Positions 11,444-24,421 are shown, counted from the stretch's first letter. The stretch is DNA of 64,000 bases from Gracilinanus agilis (GCF_016433145.1 NC_058135.1:272957222-273021221), one strand, 5' to 3'. The notes: generated from the sequence alone by a model not told the origin. Translations and numbers: made by a program.

Positions 11444-11783
11444 TGCCTATTGGGGAAAACTAAACACAAAGTCTTTTCACTAAGAACCCAAAAGCCACCC
11501 TGCCTCCCAGAGCCCCGAGAAAACAGGCAAGGAAAACAGGGAAATAATATGGAGAAGGTCAGGGAGAGGTCCTGATAAATTTGCTAGGTTTAAATTGTCC
11601 AAAGACAAGACACAGGCCAATGCAAACCAAAAGCCAAAATAGAGCTCTGGTTGATCCTTACACTCTGTCCAAGCTTCAGGGACCAACTGAACACTCTCAG
11701 AATTCTAAGGGCTTCTAACTGCCAGAAATTTTCAATTGGCCCCCTGCAAGAGCAAAACCCTCTCTTGCAACTTTTGCATTACA
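11444..11783 (-). mobile_element. Diverged LTR fragment related to the 60376-61448 LTR
   Basis: tgcctattggggaaaac vs tgtctatggggaaaac, and aactgccagaaattttcaattggcc vs aactgccagaaattctgcaattagcc. Confidence 0.7.
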
Positions 11784-12626
11784 ATAATACACACATATAC
11801 ACATAAATACTTATGAATTTGATTGAGGAGAAGATATAGAAACAAAATTAATCATGAGGAAGGGAATAGTATGTTTGCAACAGCATGATCTGAGGAAGAA
11901 TTGTCTAGTGGGAAGCATGATGGATTTGAAATCTAAAGATTTTTTTTAATCCATTTTATCCAATTTATCCAATCCACTTCATCCATATCCATTTTATTCA
12001 ATGTTTTTTATCCATTTCATTATCTGAAAAATGAGCACATAAAAACCAGATGCTTTGTAAAGACTCTTCAGTTTTTCTACTATGTTATCCTAGGTGCTGA
12101 AAAGGCAATAACAAAAATTACACAGTTTGATGTTTTCAAGGGGTTACATTCCACTTTGTTGATACATAGAATCATGGGATAATAGATCTGGAGCTGGAAG
12201 GATAGCAGAAACCACAGGTCCTAATCCTTTCATTTTACAAATCTGCACATTGAGTCTCTGGGAGGATAAGTGAGTTTTTGAAATTTTCAAAATTAGTGGT
12301 ATCAAAAATAAGATATAAACCATGACCTTCTGATTCCAGAGCCATGATTAAAAATAGATAGATCTAGTATTTAGAAAAAAATACAGTTATTTGGGTAGGG
12401 TCACTAATTATTGAGAATGAAAACACTAAGATCCTCCTTGAGTTGTACCATTTGGTCTGGACTGGTTTTACAAGTAGGGTGAAGAAATAACATCCAAGGT
12501 GATGTAGCTTAAGGGATATCAAGCATACCTCCTCTGATCCTGAAGGCTAGAATTTTTCTTGAGGGCTTTATTTGGAAAAGCTATTTGCTCTTTCTGAGGG
12601 TTAAGGGGCTTTCAGTTCCTTAGTAG

Positions 12627-13130
12627 TGTAATATAGAAAATGGCAGGATGGAATTCCTGTAAAATACAGGGTCAAGCCTCACCCAGAATTCCGGGGGACC
12701 CCTTCCCCTGGAGAACTTTGGGTGAGGGGGCAGTTGGTAGGGAGTTAAACAATTGATTTCTGGGAGTTGAGGGGAGGAGATCTCTCTGCTGGCTGTTCCT
12801 GATTTGGGGTTTGCCTGGGAGGCCATAGTGGCAAAAGCCAATGTGTAAAGCAGTTTGGGTGGCGAGCATTGTATTATTATTGCTTACATTTAAATACATT
12901 GCTCAACTAGAAATTTAGTGTTTTGTCAAGCCTAGGAATTTGGGGATTTTGTTAGAGAATGAAAGTAACTTAACTGGTTATTGGGAAAAGTTTCTTCAGT
13001 TTTTTCAATAAATAATTAATAACTGGGGTAAAGACTCAGAGTCGATTTTTTAATTAAAGGGAGAGTGGCTACCACTTTAGTAATTTATAAATACATATTT
13101 AAATATAGTTCTAGATTATTTTAAAATTCA
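12627..13130 (+). mobile_element. Probable solo LTR
   Basis: Starts TGTAATATAGAAAATGGC and contains AATAAA at ~13007. Its first ~55 nt recur at 31036-31089. The right end and TSD are not resolved. Confidence 0.55.
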
Positions 13131-13510
13131 GGATGATGAAAATGAAAATGGCACTTAGTCTAATATAGTCAAATAGTAGGCTGAGGATAAACCAACCCAC
13201 ATAGGCTTTCCCTGAATGTGGACAATTCTAAAACCTTGTTATACTTACTGGATTACATCACAGCCTCTAGAGTTGAGAATGTTGGCATTGTATTGGAGTA
13301 TCTAGAATGAAATCTCTCAAGAAGAGGATTAAGTCCATTATCAGGTTGGGTATTTGAAAGAAAAGAGATTGTTAAAATGGGAAAGAGGCTTAGAACAAAG
13401 AGATTGGGATTTTGAAGCTGGAGGAGCTTTATAATGAATGATGTAAATTGTGGAAGAGACCTGGGAAAAAGATTTTGCTTCATTTTACATCAGATGAGAA
13501 AACTCTAGAC

Positions 13511-13706
13511 CAGTGATGGGCAAACTATGACCTGTGACATGGCCCCTTGAAATGTTCTATCCCCCTGGTGACATTATTCCTAATCTGATGAATACAATGA
13601 GTAGGATACAATACAATGAAACTTCCAAAGAGTTGCCTTAGAAACAGACTGACAGATGGGCATTTCCTTTCCTTTGGCCCCTCTTTAAAAAGTTTGCCCA
13701 TCACTG
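13511..13706. mobile_element. hAT/Charlie-type MITE, family A
   Basis: TIR CAGTGATGGGCAAACT / AGTTTGCCCATCACTG. 8-bp TSD ctctagac/atctagac. Confidence 0.92.
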
Positions 13707-14709
13707 ATCTAGACTAATTCTCTTTGCACTGTTACCTCAGAGTTACACAGGAAACACCAAAATTGTAACAAGTTTTCAGGTCTGATTCCCTGCTATTCAC
13801 TGTCCTAAGATTCATTCTTCTCAGCCTCACAGTGTTTCCTAGAGTAAGGGGGCTCTAGAGCTGACTAGAATCCTTGGATTTGTAGTTTATAAAATTTATA
13901 ACTTTCTCTCAGCTCTGAGAGTGCTTTGTTCTATTTTGATCTTTGAAACTCAAGGTAGACTTGAGGCAGGACATTTAGTGTGTGAGAGGGAAGACTGAGA
14001 GGAAGGAATGGGGACTCCATGAGTTGAGCAGCCACAGTAATAGAGGAGTCAGTGTCACCATTCTTAGCCAGGACTTAAACTTAATTAGAAAGAGCCAGTC
14101 CTAGAGAGGCAGCAAGTGAAAGGAGATACTAGAAGGAGAAATGAGTTTCAAAAGAGGAAGAAGAAATCAAGGTAGGCCTTTGGACTCTTCCAAGCATCTT
14201 AGGACAGAGGACTAGAATGAAGCTGCCAGTTTCAGACTTCAAGGAATTTGGGAGATTCTAAAAGGTCTACCTTTCTCCCCCTTTGTCTTTCTTTCCTCTT
14301 TCCTGGAGCAGGAGCAATAATATATTTTATTTGCTTCTTTTATTTTAATGTTTCCTGAATCTTGATTTTTTCTCCAATATATAGAAATCAGGAATGATCT
14401 GTAAATAAACAAAATTTAAATTAAGGTCAAGAGGAAAATATTGTTAGGGATTTTCCCAAAAGTGGCCTCTGATCAATTATAATAATATTACTTTTTATCT
14501 ACTCAAAAGTTCATAAAATTTCAGAGAAAGGGGCCACATGGACCTGCATGCCATTTTATTTCTTCTAGACTAAAAACAAGCTAATTGTTGCAACATGATC
14601 TGACTCCTTAAATCACCAGAGAGGAAGGAGTAGAGAGGATCTGGTACTGGTTGACCAACTCTGCCTTCCACAGAGATACCAAGCAGTGGTCCATTAGAAA
14701 TGGGCAAAT

Positions 14710-14880
14710 ACTCAGACCACTAAATAAATAACTGAAAGAGGCATTCAGCCTTTCCCCAAATCATTATTTCTTTGGCACAGTTCTGTCCTAAGGGAGCTGA
14801 GGAAGACCTCAGGGAATTTGATCTCCTGCTTTTAGCTGCTGAATTAGGGTATTTTATAAGGGTAAGGCACCTCAGAACTA
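14710..14880 (+). promoter_or_regulatory. Candidate promoter of OR4B copy 2 (HD + O/E sites + TATA)
   Basis: Paralogous to 5770-5940. TCATTA at 14761, GTCCTAAGGGA, CCTCAGGGAA (14807-14816), TATAA at 14855-14859, and donor-like AA|GTGAGT at 14951. Confidence 0.6.
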
Positions 14881-16133
14881 GCTCGATATAGCTTGTTTAT
14901 ACATAGTTGTTTTCATGCATTTTCACAATTAGACTGTGAGATCATAGCAAGTGAGTACTTCTTCTTTTGGGCTTTCTTTGTATTTCAAAAATTTAATTCA
15001 ATGTCAGTCAATACATTAAGTTCTACTAAATGCTTGTTTTCTGGCTGACTCTCAAATCTGCCATTCTATTTTTAGTGCTCTAAAGTCACTCACTTTTATT
15101 TTCATTTACTTCTATGTTCTAACAATCTCTGTTCTTATGTCATTTCCAAACCTGAAATTCTGTTTTCTGATTCTTTCTTTATTTTTCACGGTAGCTAATA
15201 TCTTTGGTTAATTGTGAGTTGATATATATTCAAAAAGATTTGATTTATTCTCTGCTTTTTAATAGAATGATAACCAGAGAAAAATTTCCCTAGGGAAAGT
15301 ATAACTGCAGTGCTTCAGTTTTTGCCTCCCACAACTTTTTCATAAGCCTAGATCCATTTTGATTATCTACAGAGCTCTGAGTGTATGTTTTGGCATGCCT
15401 CATCTTTGGAAGTCATCTTGACTTCAACACTGCCTCAAGGCAGAATTTTGTCTAAAACAGATTTATCCACTTTTAGGGACTGAATGTTTCTGGGTTCCAA
15501 ACCACTTTCAGAATTGACTGACTAGGATTCCTGAAAATAAGGAAATAAAGTCAAGTGTATGTTGGGTATTGATTCATTTCTATCCTAGAGGGAGAATGTA
15601 GGGAATCCATTCATCACACAATGCATTCTCATGTGTGATCTTTTTTAAAAATTATTTTTATTTGTAGTCATCAGGACTCCCAAATTTTACTGTACAATTT
15701 TTTGTATATATTTCTAATCTCTTGCCTTTTGTAACCTCTAGTCAGAAGAGAAGTGAAATAAAGACTCAAAAAATTTTTATTTCACATAATCTCAGTCAGT
15801 AAAAGAGACTGTTAAAGGCTCCTTTCTTACTATAAAAACTATCCTTCAGCAATAACTTTAAAAAAATTTGATTTTCAGGGAGAAAATTTATGATCAGAGA
15901 GAACTGATGGGTAGAGTGTGGCAGAATTTTACAAAATTATTCTGACTATGTGTATTTTGCTTTCTGGAAGACTGTAATAATAGCAATTTTAATAACTCAC
16001 ATTTATACATCAGTGTAACATTCTTAAAGCACTTTACATATGTTATTTCATTTGATCCTTTTAATATTCCTGTGAGATAAATATTATTATCCCCATTTTA
16101 CAGATAAGGAAAGTTGAAGTTCATAGAGATCTT

Positions 16134-16696
16134 TAAAAAAATCCTTACCTTCCACCTTAGAACCTATAGAATATATTGGTTCTAAGGCAGAAGAATGGTA
16201 AGGGCTAGGCCAGTGATGGGCAACCTTTTGAGCTTGGTGGGTCAAAATTTGCCCCAAAACTGAGCATAACTCAGGTGATGTGTCACTTCAAGAAAAAAAA
16301 CCATAATTTCATGATATTTATAGTTTAAATAACAAAAATGTATAATTGTAATACATAACTGTGTTTAATAAACCCAAATAAGTAAATTAATATAGGCAGA
16401 AATGTCATCCATAGTGCACAGAGTGTCTACACTACACTACAGCAAATTTTTCATCCTCGGCATGTGGCCCCATACTTCTCTGTATGCTGCCACATGTGGT
16501 CGTATGTCATCAAAAATGGCTTCGCATGTCAGTGCTGACATGTGTGCCATAGGCTTGCCATCACTGGGCTAGGCTATGGGGGTTAAGTGACTTTCCTAGC
16601 GTCACACAGCTAGGAAGTGTCTGAGGCCATATTTGAATCTAGAACCTCCCTTATCAAGGCCTGGCTCTCAATCCACTGAGCTACTCAGCTGCTCCC
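16134..16696 (-). mobile_element. SINE1_Mdo-type SINE split by a hAT MITE
   Basis: The halves rejoin across the TSD ggctaggc. Its own TSD is tcatagagatctt (16121-16133 / 16697-16709). Confidence 0.92.
16211..16566. mobile_element. hAT MITE, family B (hAT1-like), inside a SINE
   Basis: TIR CAGTGATGGGCAACCT / AGGCTTGCCATCACTG. Perfect TSD ggctaggc. Confidence 0.92.
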
Positions 16697-17924
16697 TCAT
16701 AGAGATCTTGCTTAGAGTCACATTTCAAGATTTCATCTCTGGTTTTCTTGACTCCTTGTCCAGCCTCTAGCCACTATGACTCCCAGCTTTCCTTATTGCC
16801 TGGGAAGGCAAAGTGGGGTACACCTTACAAGAATGGGCATAGAGCTATAAAGGATAACTACAAGTGATAGGATAGTGGTTAACTGAATAAATTTCTCCTC
16901 TTTCATGGCTCTTGTCAACAATATTAGTGTTATATTTTTAGCTCTTCTTTTGGTGATTCTGGTAGAAGAAATGTTGCCAGTTACTGGAGAGGAATTTCTA
17001 ACTTTCATCAATGTACTGGCTATGAAGTATAAAGCTGAATATAATATCTTATTTGCTTCACCCTCCTGAATTCATGTGCACAGAAGAAAAAAGCAGCATT
17101 TTCCATAAACATTAGGCAATCTACAAATTGACACTAACTGCTATGATGCTCTGGCCTTAACAAGGATATGAATCAAATTGGCTGTTGCTCTCAGAACTAC
17201 AGTTAAGACATCCTAGAATTCCTATTAATCCACAATTCTGGGAGGCAATAATTAAAACACCACTCAGAGGTGGAGCACATAAGCCATACTTAGATTTAAT
17301 GTTGAAAGGGAAATCATAAGAACTTATAATTCACATTCATTTTCCTCTGCAACTGAAATTTCATTTCTTAAAATAGGAAAACTTTAGGGAGGTAGGAAGG
17401 AAAAATATTTAGTTATAAAACATGGTAAATACAAACTGTTTTTCAGGTTATTCTGAAATGAAGCTTGGAGAAAACTTGAAATGCTTGATGACAACTCGAA
17501 CAGATTGTGCATCACATACTTCCAGTCCAAATAGTGGCAGATTCAATAATAGTAAGTCTGGGAGGTTTTCTCTTTGGTGGTAAATAGAGAAGAGCCAGGG
17601 ATACGGACAGTAGTGAAATAATCTGGACAGGAATTCTGGGGTCTGGAAGACCACTTAAAATGAATCCAGTGGCGTTTAAAATTGACATGTGGCCCTAACC
17701 TTTGACCTGAAAATTGTCAAATCTATGTGTATTTGAGATAATGCAGATCAGACGTGTGAGAGTAGAAAATCCTTAAAAATTACTATTAAATTAGAAAAGG
17801 TAGAAGTTTCTTAGCAATGTCCCTGACCACAATAATGGAGAAAAGTATCATTTCAAGGCCCTAGAAACTGTATTCTGTAGTTTCCTTATGATTAGAGCAT
17901 TTCTTTGGTGTGGTTAGTTTTGTT

Positions 17925-20900
17925 TCTGGTTTTCTTAAAAAAATTCATTTATTTATCTTAAAGTATTTTTCCATGGTTACATGATTCATGATCTTTCCCC
18001 TCTTCACTCTCCCTTCTAGGATATGACAAGCAATTCCACTGGGTTTTACATGTATTATCACTCAGTACTGATTTCTATATCATTCATTTTTGTAATAGAG
18101 CAATTTTAAAAAACAAAACCCCCAATCCTATACTCATAAAAAGTGATAGATTTCATGTTTTTCCTCTGCATTTCCCACAGTTATTTCCCTTAATGTGGAA
18201 AGAATTTCCCCCCATAAATCCCTCAGGATTATCCTGGATAATTGCATTGCTATTAGTAGCAAAGTCTATTACATTTGATTGTCCCACAGTGTTTCAGTTA
18301 TTGTGTATAATGTTCTCCTGGTTCTGTTCTATTCACTCTGTATCAGTTCATGGAGATCCTTCAAGTTCATATAGAAATAAAGTAGGTCATCATTCCCTAT
18401 GGCATAATAATATTCCATCACCATCATAAACCGTAATTTGCTCAGCCGTTCTCTAATTTAGGGATGCAACCTTATTTTCCAAATTTTTTCCACCACAAAG
18501 AGTGCAACTATAAATATTTTTGTACAAACATTTTTAAAAATCCCTTTGGGGTAAAAACCTAGTAGTGGTATACAGTCTTTTTTCTTGATATAAGCATGCA
18601 GGGATATAAAATTTCCCCTGAGTACTGCTTTGGCTGTATCCCATAAATTTTGATATGTTGTCTCCTCATTGTCATTGTCTTTAGTGAAGTATGTAATTGT
18701 TTCTATGATTTATTTTTTGACCCACCCATTTTGAAGAATTTGATTATTTAGTTTCTAATTAATTTTTAATTTGCCTCTTCATGAACCCTTACTAATTATA
18801 ACTTGTACTGCATTTTGATCTGAAAAAGTTGCATTCATTATTTCTGCTTTTCTGCATTTGTTTATGATGCTTTTATGCCCTAGTAGAGGGTCAATCTTTG
18901 AGTATATATCATGTGCTGCTGAAAAGAAGGTATTTTCCTTTTTATCCTTATTCAATTTTCTCCAGATATCTATTAACTCTATTTTTTCTAAAACTTCACT
19001 CACTTCTCTTATTTCTTTCTTATTTCTTTTTTGGTTTTATTTATCTATATCTGAGAGGGGAAGGTAAAGGGCCCCCTCTAGTAGAGTTTTACTATCAGTT
19101 TCCTCCTCAATATCCATTCATTTCTCCTTTAAAATTCTGGATGCTATACCATTTGGTGTATATCTGTTGAATACTTGTCTACACAGCCTTTTATCAGGAT
19201 ATAATTATCTCCCTTATCTCTTTTAATAAAACCTATTCTTGCTTTAGCTTTGTCTTAGGTCATGATTGCTACTCCTGCCTTTTTTTGCTCAGTTGATGCA
19301 ATTAATTCTGCTCCAGTATCTTGTCTTTACTTGATGTGTGTCTACCTGCATCAAATGTATTTTTTGTAAAAAAACGATGATAAGATTTTGGTTTTTAATC
19401 CACTCTGCTATCTGCTTCTATTATATAGGTGAGTTCATCCCATTCACATTATTCACAGTTATGATTACCATCTGTGTATTGCCCATCATTTGATTTCCTT
19501 TTTTAACCCTGCCCTTTCTCCTTTCACTCTTTCCCTCCACACCTGTGTCTTGCTCTGAATCAGTCCCACTTTCTCAATCCCTTATTTTATACCCCTTTCT
19601 ACCACCTGCCTGTTTATTCCGCTTTTACTTCTTTTAGAGTCTTTTAATCACCCTCCTCAACTTTCCCCTCCTTTGTATTATTTTCTTCCTCACACTCCCC
19701 TTTATTCTCTTTCTACTTCTCTATAGGGTAAGATAGGATTTTATAATCCAATGAATCTGGCTGTTTTTCTCTCTCTGAACTGATTATAATGAGAGTTAAG
19801 TTTTAAGTATTACCTGTCACTACCTGAATTCTCCTCTCCTTGTAATAATATTCTCTACCCCTGCGGCAACATGTACCTGTTTATATGTGGTATAATTTAC
19901 CCCATTCTACTTCTTCCTTTGCATTTAGTACAATCCTCTTTTTTCTCCCTAAAAATTTTAATGTATCATCTTAAACAGCTTAATACCTCACCATCTGCCT
20001 ATGTGTATTTCTTCTAACTACTGTGATAATGATAATTTTTAAGAGTTACAGATATTATCTTTCCATATAGGAATATAATCAGTTTGACCTTGTTAAAGTC
20101 CTTAATTTTTTCTCTTTCTTATCTACATTTTTATGCTGCTCTTGAATTTTGTATTTGGATGTCAAATTTTCTGTTTAATTCTGGCCTTCTCTTCAGGAAT
20201 GCTTGGAAATCTTCTATTTTATTAAATGCCCATTCTTTCCCCTGAAAGTGTTTTGATGGGTAGGTGATTCTTTGTTTTACATCTAGTTCTCTTGTCTTCT
20301 GTTATATCATAATCCAAGCCTTATTGTGCTTCAGTGTGGAAGCTGCCAGATCCTGTGTAATCCTGACTAGGGCTCCATAATATCTGAATTTTTTCTTTCT
20401 GGCCATTTGAAGTATTTTCTCCTTGGCCTGGAAACTCTTAAACTTGTCTAGAACATTCTTGGGAGTTGTCATTTGCGGATTTATTGTAGGAGGTGATCTG
20501 TGGATTCTTTCAATGTCTAACTTGCCCTCTTGTTCAAGATTATTAGGTCAGTTTTCTTGGATAATTTCTTGAACTATGATGTCTGAGATTTTTTTTTTGG
20601 TCATGATTTTCAGATAGTCCAATAATTCTCAAATTGCCTCTCCTGGATCTATTTTCCATGTCAGGTGGTTTTTCAATGCGAAATTTCTTATTTTCTCCTA
20701 TTTTTAATTCCTTTGATTTTGTTTTATTATTTTTTGATCTCTTGAAATAATTAGCTTCTATTTTCTAATTCTAGGGTTTAAAGACTGATTTTAACCTGGT
20801 AATTTGATCTTTTGATTCTCCTGTTCCATTTGGTCTATTCTCCTTTTCATTAGGCTCTTTTCATAACTGTACTTTTTTTGCCTATTCTTCCAGGAGATTG

Positions 20901-21075
20901 ACTCTGGTTTTTAATCTGCTTATTTCATCATTCAATTTTTGCATCTCTCTATTTGACTAATTTTGCTTTTTAAGCTGTTATTTTCTTTTTGTATTACTCT
21001 AATTTATTTTCACCACTTTCTTTTTCATTTCTCTTCTACCTGTCTTATTGGGTTGTTGAACTCCTTTTTGAGCAA
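17925..21075 (-). mobile_element. L1 remnant: ORF1 3' part, inter-ORF, ORF2 endonuclease, joined to ORF2 C-terminus/3' UTR
   Basis: Minus-strand translations: ORF1 WAFNKIEDFQAFLKRRPELNRKFDIQ (~20140-20235) and EN TFFSAAHDIYSKID...FSDQNA (18779-19003). 17925-18570 is a marsupial L1 3' end. The RT domain is absent. Confidence 0.88.
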
Positions 21076-22130
21076 CTGGAAAAGACTATGAACCTATGGA
21101 TATCATTGCGTGCCACTGGCTTTTTTAAAATTCCCTTGGTCTGAGTTTGGTGGGACTATGTAATGTAAAGGCTAAGGAAGTGTCACTTTGCATGGTTAGA
21201 AAGGAAGATCAGAGGGAGAAACTATATACACAGAAGGTTGAGAAGGGAGGAAAAATAAAACAAGAAGGAGAAGGCTACCAGCTAGCCCATTTTCCTTTTC
21301 TTATCCTTCAGTTCCTTTGTCTCCTCATGTACTCTACTACCCCAGTTAAGAGAAACTTTGCCTTTCAAACCCCTATCACTGAAAAAAGTATAATTGCCTC
21401 TAATAAAATGTGAACCCCTTGAATTATTAACTGTTGTAAAATAAATGTTTTAATCTTAACACCTAGCATGATACCTCCATATGTTATAAATGCTTAATAA
21501 ATATTTTTCTTAGTTTAGATTGAATCACCTACTACTCATCCAATTTCCCTGTAGTTTGATCACTAAAATTTAGAAGCATCATAACTAATATATTTATTTT
21601 TATTATACACATATCAGTTTAAGTTACAGTATTTGTTTACCTGATTAATCCAAGAATGAAGGTAAATGAGAATTTGCATATATGTATTTTGAAATAAAGA
21701 TTCTTTTGTTGTCAAAAGTTAGGTACAAAGTGATCTTTTGGTAAGAAATAGAATCATAACAATGAAGAAGGACTCCCTTATTATGTCCTCTTCTCTATCT
21801 TCTCATCTGCAATGATCAATCTCCTCTGCTGTATTAAGTCCCTTTTCTTTATCTTTTCATCTGGTGTGATTCTTGTCATCTTTCCATTCACTCCATCTTT
21901 CTCCCTTCTCTTCTGTGGAAGATTCACTGAAAGCACTACAAGTCTTCCTTCAATTCTCTAACTAAAAAGATCTTGAGTTTACCAAGGTAACTTTTTGGCT
22001 ATCTATATGTGGTCTTTCAATGTATGAAAAAACGTTTAATTAACCATCATAAACTTTCAATTTTTTCATTCAAATTTTGTCATGAAACATGTTAAATGTT
22101 TTTTATTTTTTGGTCAAACTCTTACCCAAT

Positions 22131-22178
<48 letters not shown>

Positions 22179-22180
<2 letters not shown>

Positions 22181-22196
22181 GTCTCTTATACACATC
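22179..22196 (+). other. Nextera/Tn5 mosaic-end adapter (contaminant)
   Basis: CTGTCTCTTATACACATC is 18 of the 19 nt of the mosaic end, directly abutting Ns. Confidence 0.95.
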
Positions 22197-22295
22197 NNNN
22201 NNNNNNNNNNNNNNNNNNNNNNNNNNNNNNNNNNNNNNNNNNNNNNNNNNNNNNNNNNNNNNNNNNNNNNNNNNNNNNNNNNNNNNNNNNNNNNN
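22197..22295. other. Assembly gap (99 N)
   Basis: N run. Confidence 0.98.
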
Positions 22296-22344
<49 letters not shown>

Positions 22345-22777
22345 AATTTTTGTATTGAGAGTACAGAAAAAATGCCATTTAAAATACACAAGGTAAGGTA
22401 AAACGATTATAAATAATGATGAGAACACACATTTCTATTATTAACTGACATTTAAGTTCAATGCAGAAGTTGTGCATACTGCATTTGACACTTGGGCTGG
22501 AACCAATCCCCTTCTTATATACACAATAATAGTCTAGAATAGGACAAATCTGAATAATGAAACCACTTCATGGGATTCATGATTCATACTAATTGGCACC
22601 TATCTACATTCACAACATAGCCATTGTCTTTTTTTTCTATATCACTTTTTGAAAGGGTTTGTTGGGTAGATAACCTGGATTTGTAGTTTTTACTGTTGCA
22701 TCATGTCATGTTGATTTCTAAGAGTTTGGATCAATTTAGAACTCTGACATCAGTGGAAGTATGGCTGTTTAAAGATA

Positions 22778-22948
22778 AAAAACCCCTTCCACTTTAGAAT
22801 CAATACTAAGCATTGATTTTTAAGGCAGAATAATGGTAAGAGACAGGCAATAGGGTCACACAGCTAGGAAGTATCTGAGGTCAGATTTCAACTCATGGCC
22901 TCCTGTGACCAAGGCTGGCTCTCAATGCACTGAACCACCTTGCTGTCT
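22778..22948 (-). mobile_element. SINE1_Mdo-type SINE, internally deleted
   Basis: Head and tail recognisable. Confidence 0.8.
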
Positions 22949-23495
22949 TCTCCTGTTTTTTTTGGATGAATTATTTGTGTGGTCCAAAATGCAAACCATT
23001 TGTATAAGCATTCCCTGTGTTTTTTGAATAGAAACTAACTTCCCTAACATTCTGCATTATGCACAGGAAGACTATTGCCTCTAGAGTCAGAGAAGTTGAG
23101 TCATAACCCTCACTGTCATGCTTACTACCTGTGTGACCTTAGGTAAGTTACTTACATTAGTCTCTTTAGGTCTCAGTTTCCTTAGCAGTAAAATGAGACA
23201 GTTAGACTCAATGGTCTCTCTAATCCCTTCTGGCACTAGATATATGATACTATAATTCAGGTAGCTGCATATTCTGTTCTGATTTCTAACATCTCATTTA
23301 TCTTTCTGTTTGGCACATCATATTTCTTTAGTAGATCACTGAAGTCTCACACTGATGATGTTTTTCTCTTTAAATCCAGTTGCTATATCTTTGGATGTCC
23401 ATGTGTTTATTCAGCTTATCATGGTGGAAAAAGTGTTGGACCTTTAGTCAAGAGATGCTTGGATTTCAGTTTTATCTCTAGAATGGACTAGCTAC

Positions 23496-24421
23496 TGTTA
23501 TAGGTGGAATGGTGATAAAGGATAAGGCCTGATGGAGAGATGGCCTAAGGTCCTCTGATGGCATAAGGACCTGAGTAACCTGAGCTGAGTGAAGGTGTGA
23601 ATTCTCGGGGAACACCAAGTTTTGGTAGTGAACATCAAGTCCCACAAAGTATTTGAAACTCAGGTAAGCTCCCAGCTCCCACACAACAGTGCCCAGGAAT
23701 AAGTGAACAAGTGAGGAGCTGTGAATTAGATCACACAGCTTCTCTGACTGCTTATCCTGGATTTAAGTTGATGGATAACACTATAGACTAAATGGATAAT
23801 GCAGATGACTATGATTTGACTTTGCTTGAGCAGTCCCTTTCCCTCAGATCCAAAGGATATGATCAGCGATCCTTAGGACAATGATGACATTCACCTAAGT
23901 CAGCTTTTAGGATTTAATTATAACAAACTTAGGGAAAGGAACAGGTTTGAATGAAAGAGGTGCTAGGAAAGCTTCACTAAACTACCGATGATCAGGTTTG
24001 TCAATCAAAAGGTATTCAGGTTTGAGACTGTCTGTTGGAGAGGTTTCTCCTCTCTGTGGCACCGTGGTCAGGCCAGGTACCTTTGGCCTTAAGCAGATCA
24101 ATTGAGTGTTGATGTTGTTCTTCCTTGATGTTCAAATGATTAATACATAGCACAACTTTGTCCAAAAGTTGAGGATGTGATAACTATTGGAACAGGATGC
24201 AGGTAATCTAAGCAGATTTGGTTTGGCCTACCCACCCAACCAACCCAGGTCCCTTCTCAGGAATGAGAGAGCTTCTTCTTCAAAGTTCTCCCTTTTATAA
24301 TCCTGCCAGTAACTAACTGCGTTTGCCTTCTGGCTCATGGCATCTGGGTTTGTTCTAAATTCTAAAACTGTTGAGGGTCACTCATCCTGTTCTCCATTTT
24401 CCATAGCAAAATGATAATACA
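23496..24421. mobile_element. Probable solo LTR
   Basis: TG...CA ends with near-TSD CTAC/CTAT, and higher GC than the flanks. Confidence 0.45.

Larger units (their letters stand above)
22133..22341. repeat. (CT)n microsatellite spanning a gap
   Basis: CT repeats on both sides of the N run. Confidence 0.95.

Noticed and set aside
13200-14260. Possible ERV internal or env fragment next to the 12627 LTR
   Set aside because: No convincing retroviral motif in any frame that I could read.
22082-22428. ORFs with SLSLSL/ERERER runs
   Set aside because: Translation of (CT)n and N gaps. The fragment DVYKRQ is the translated Nextera adapter.
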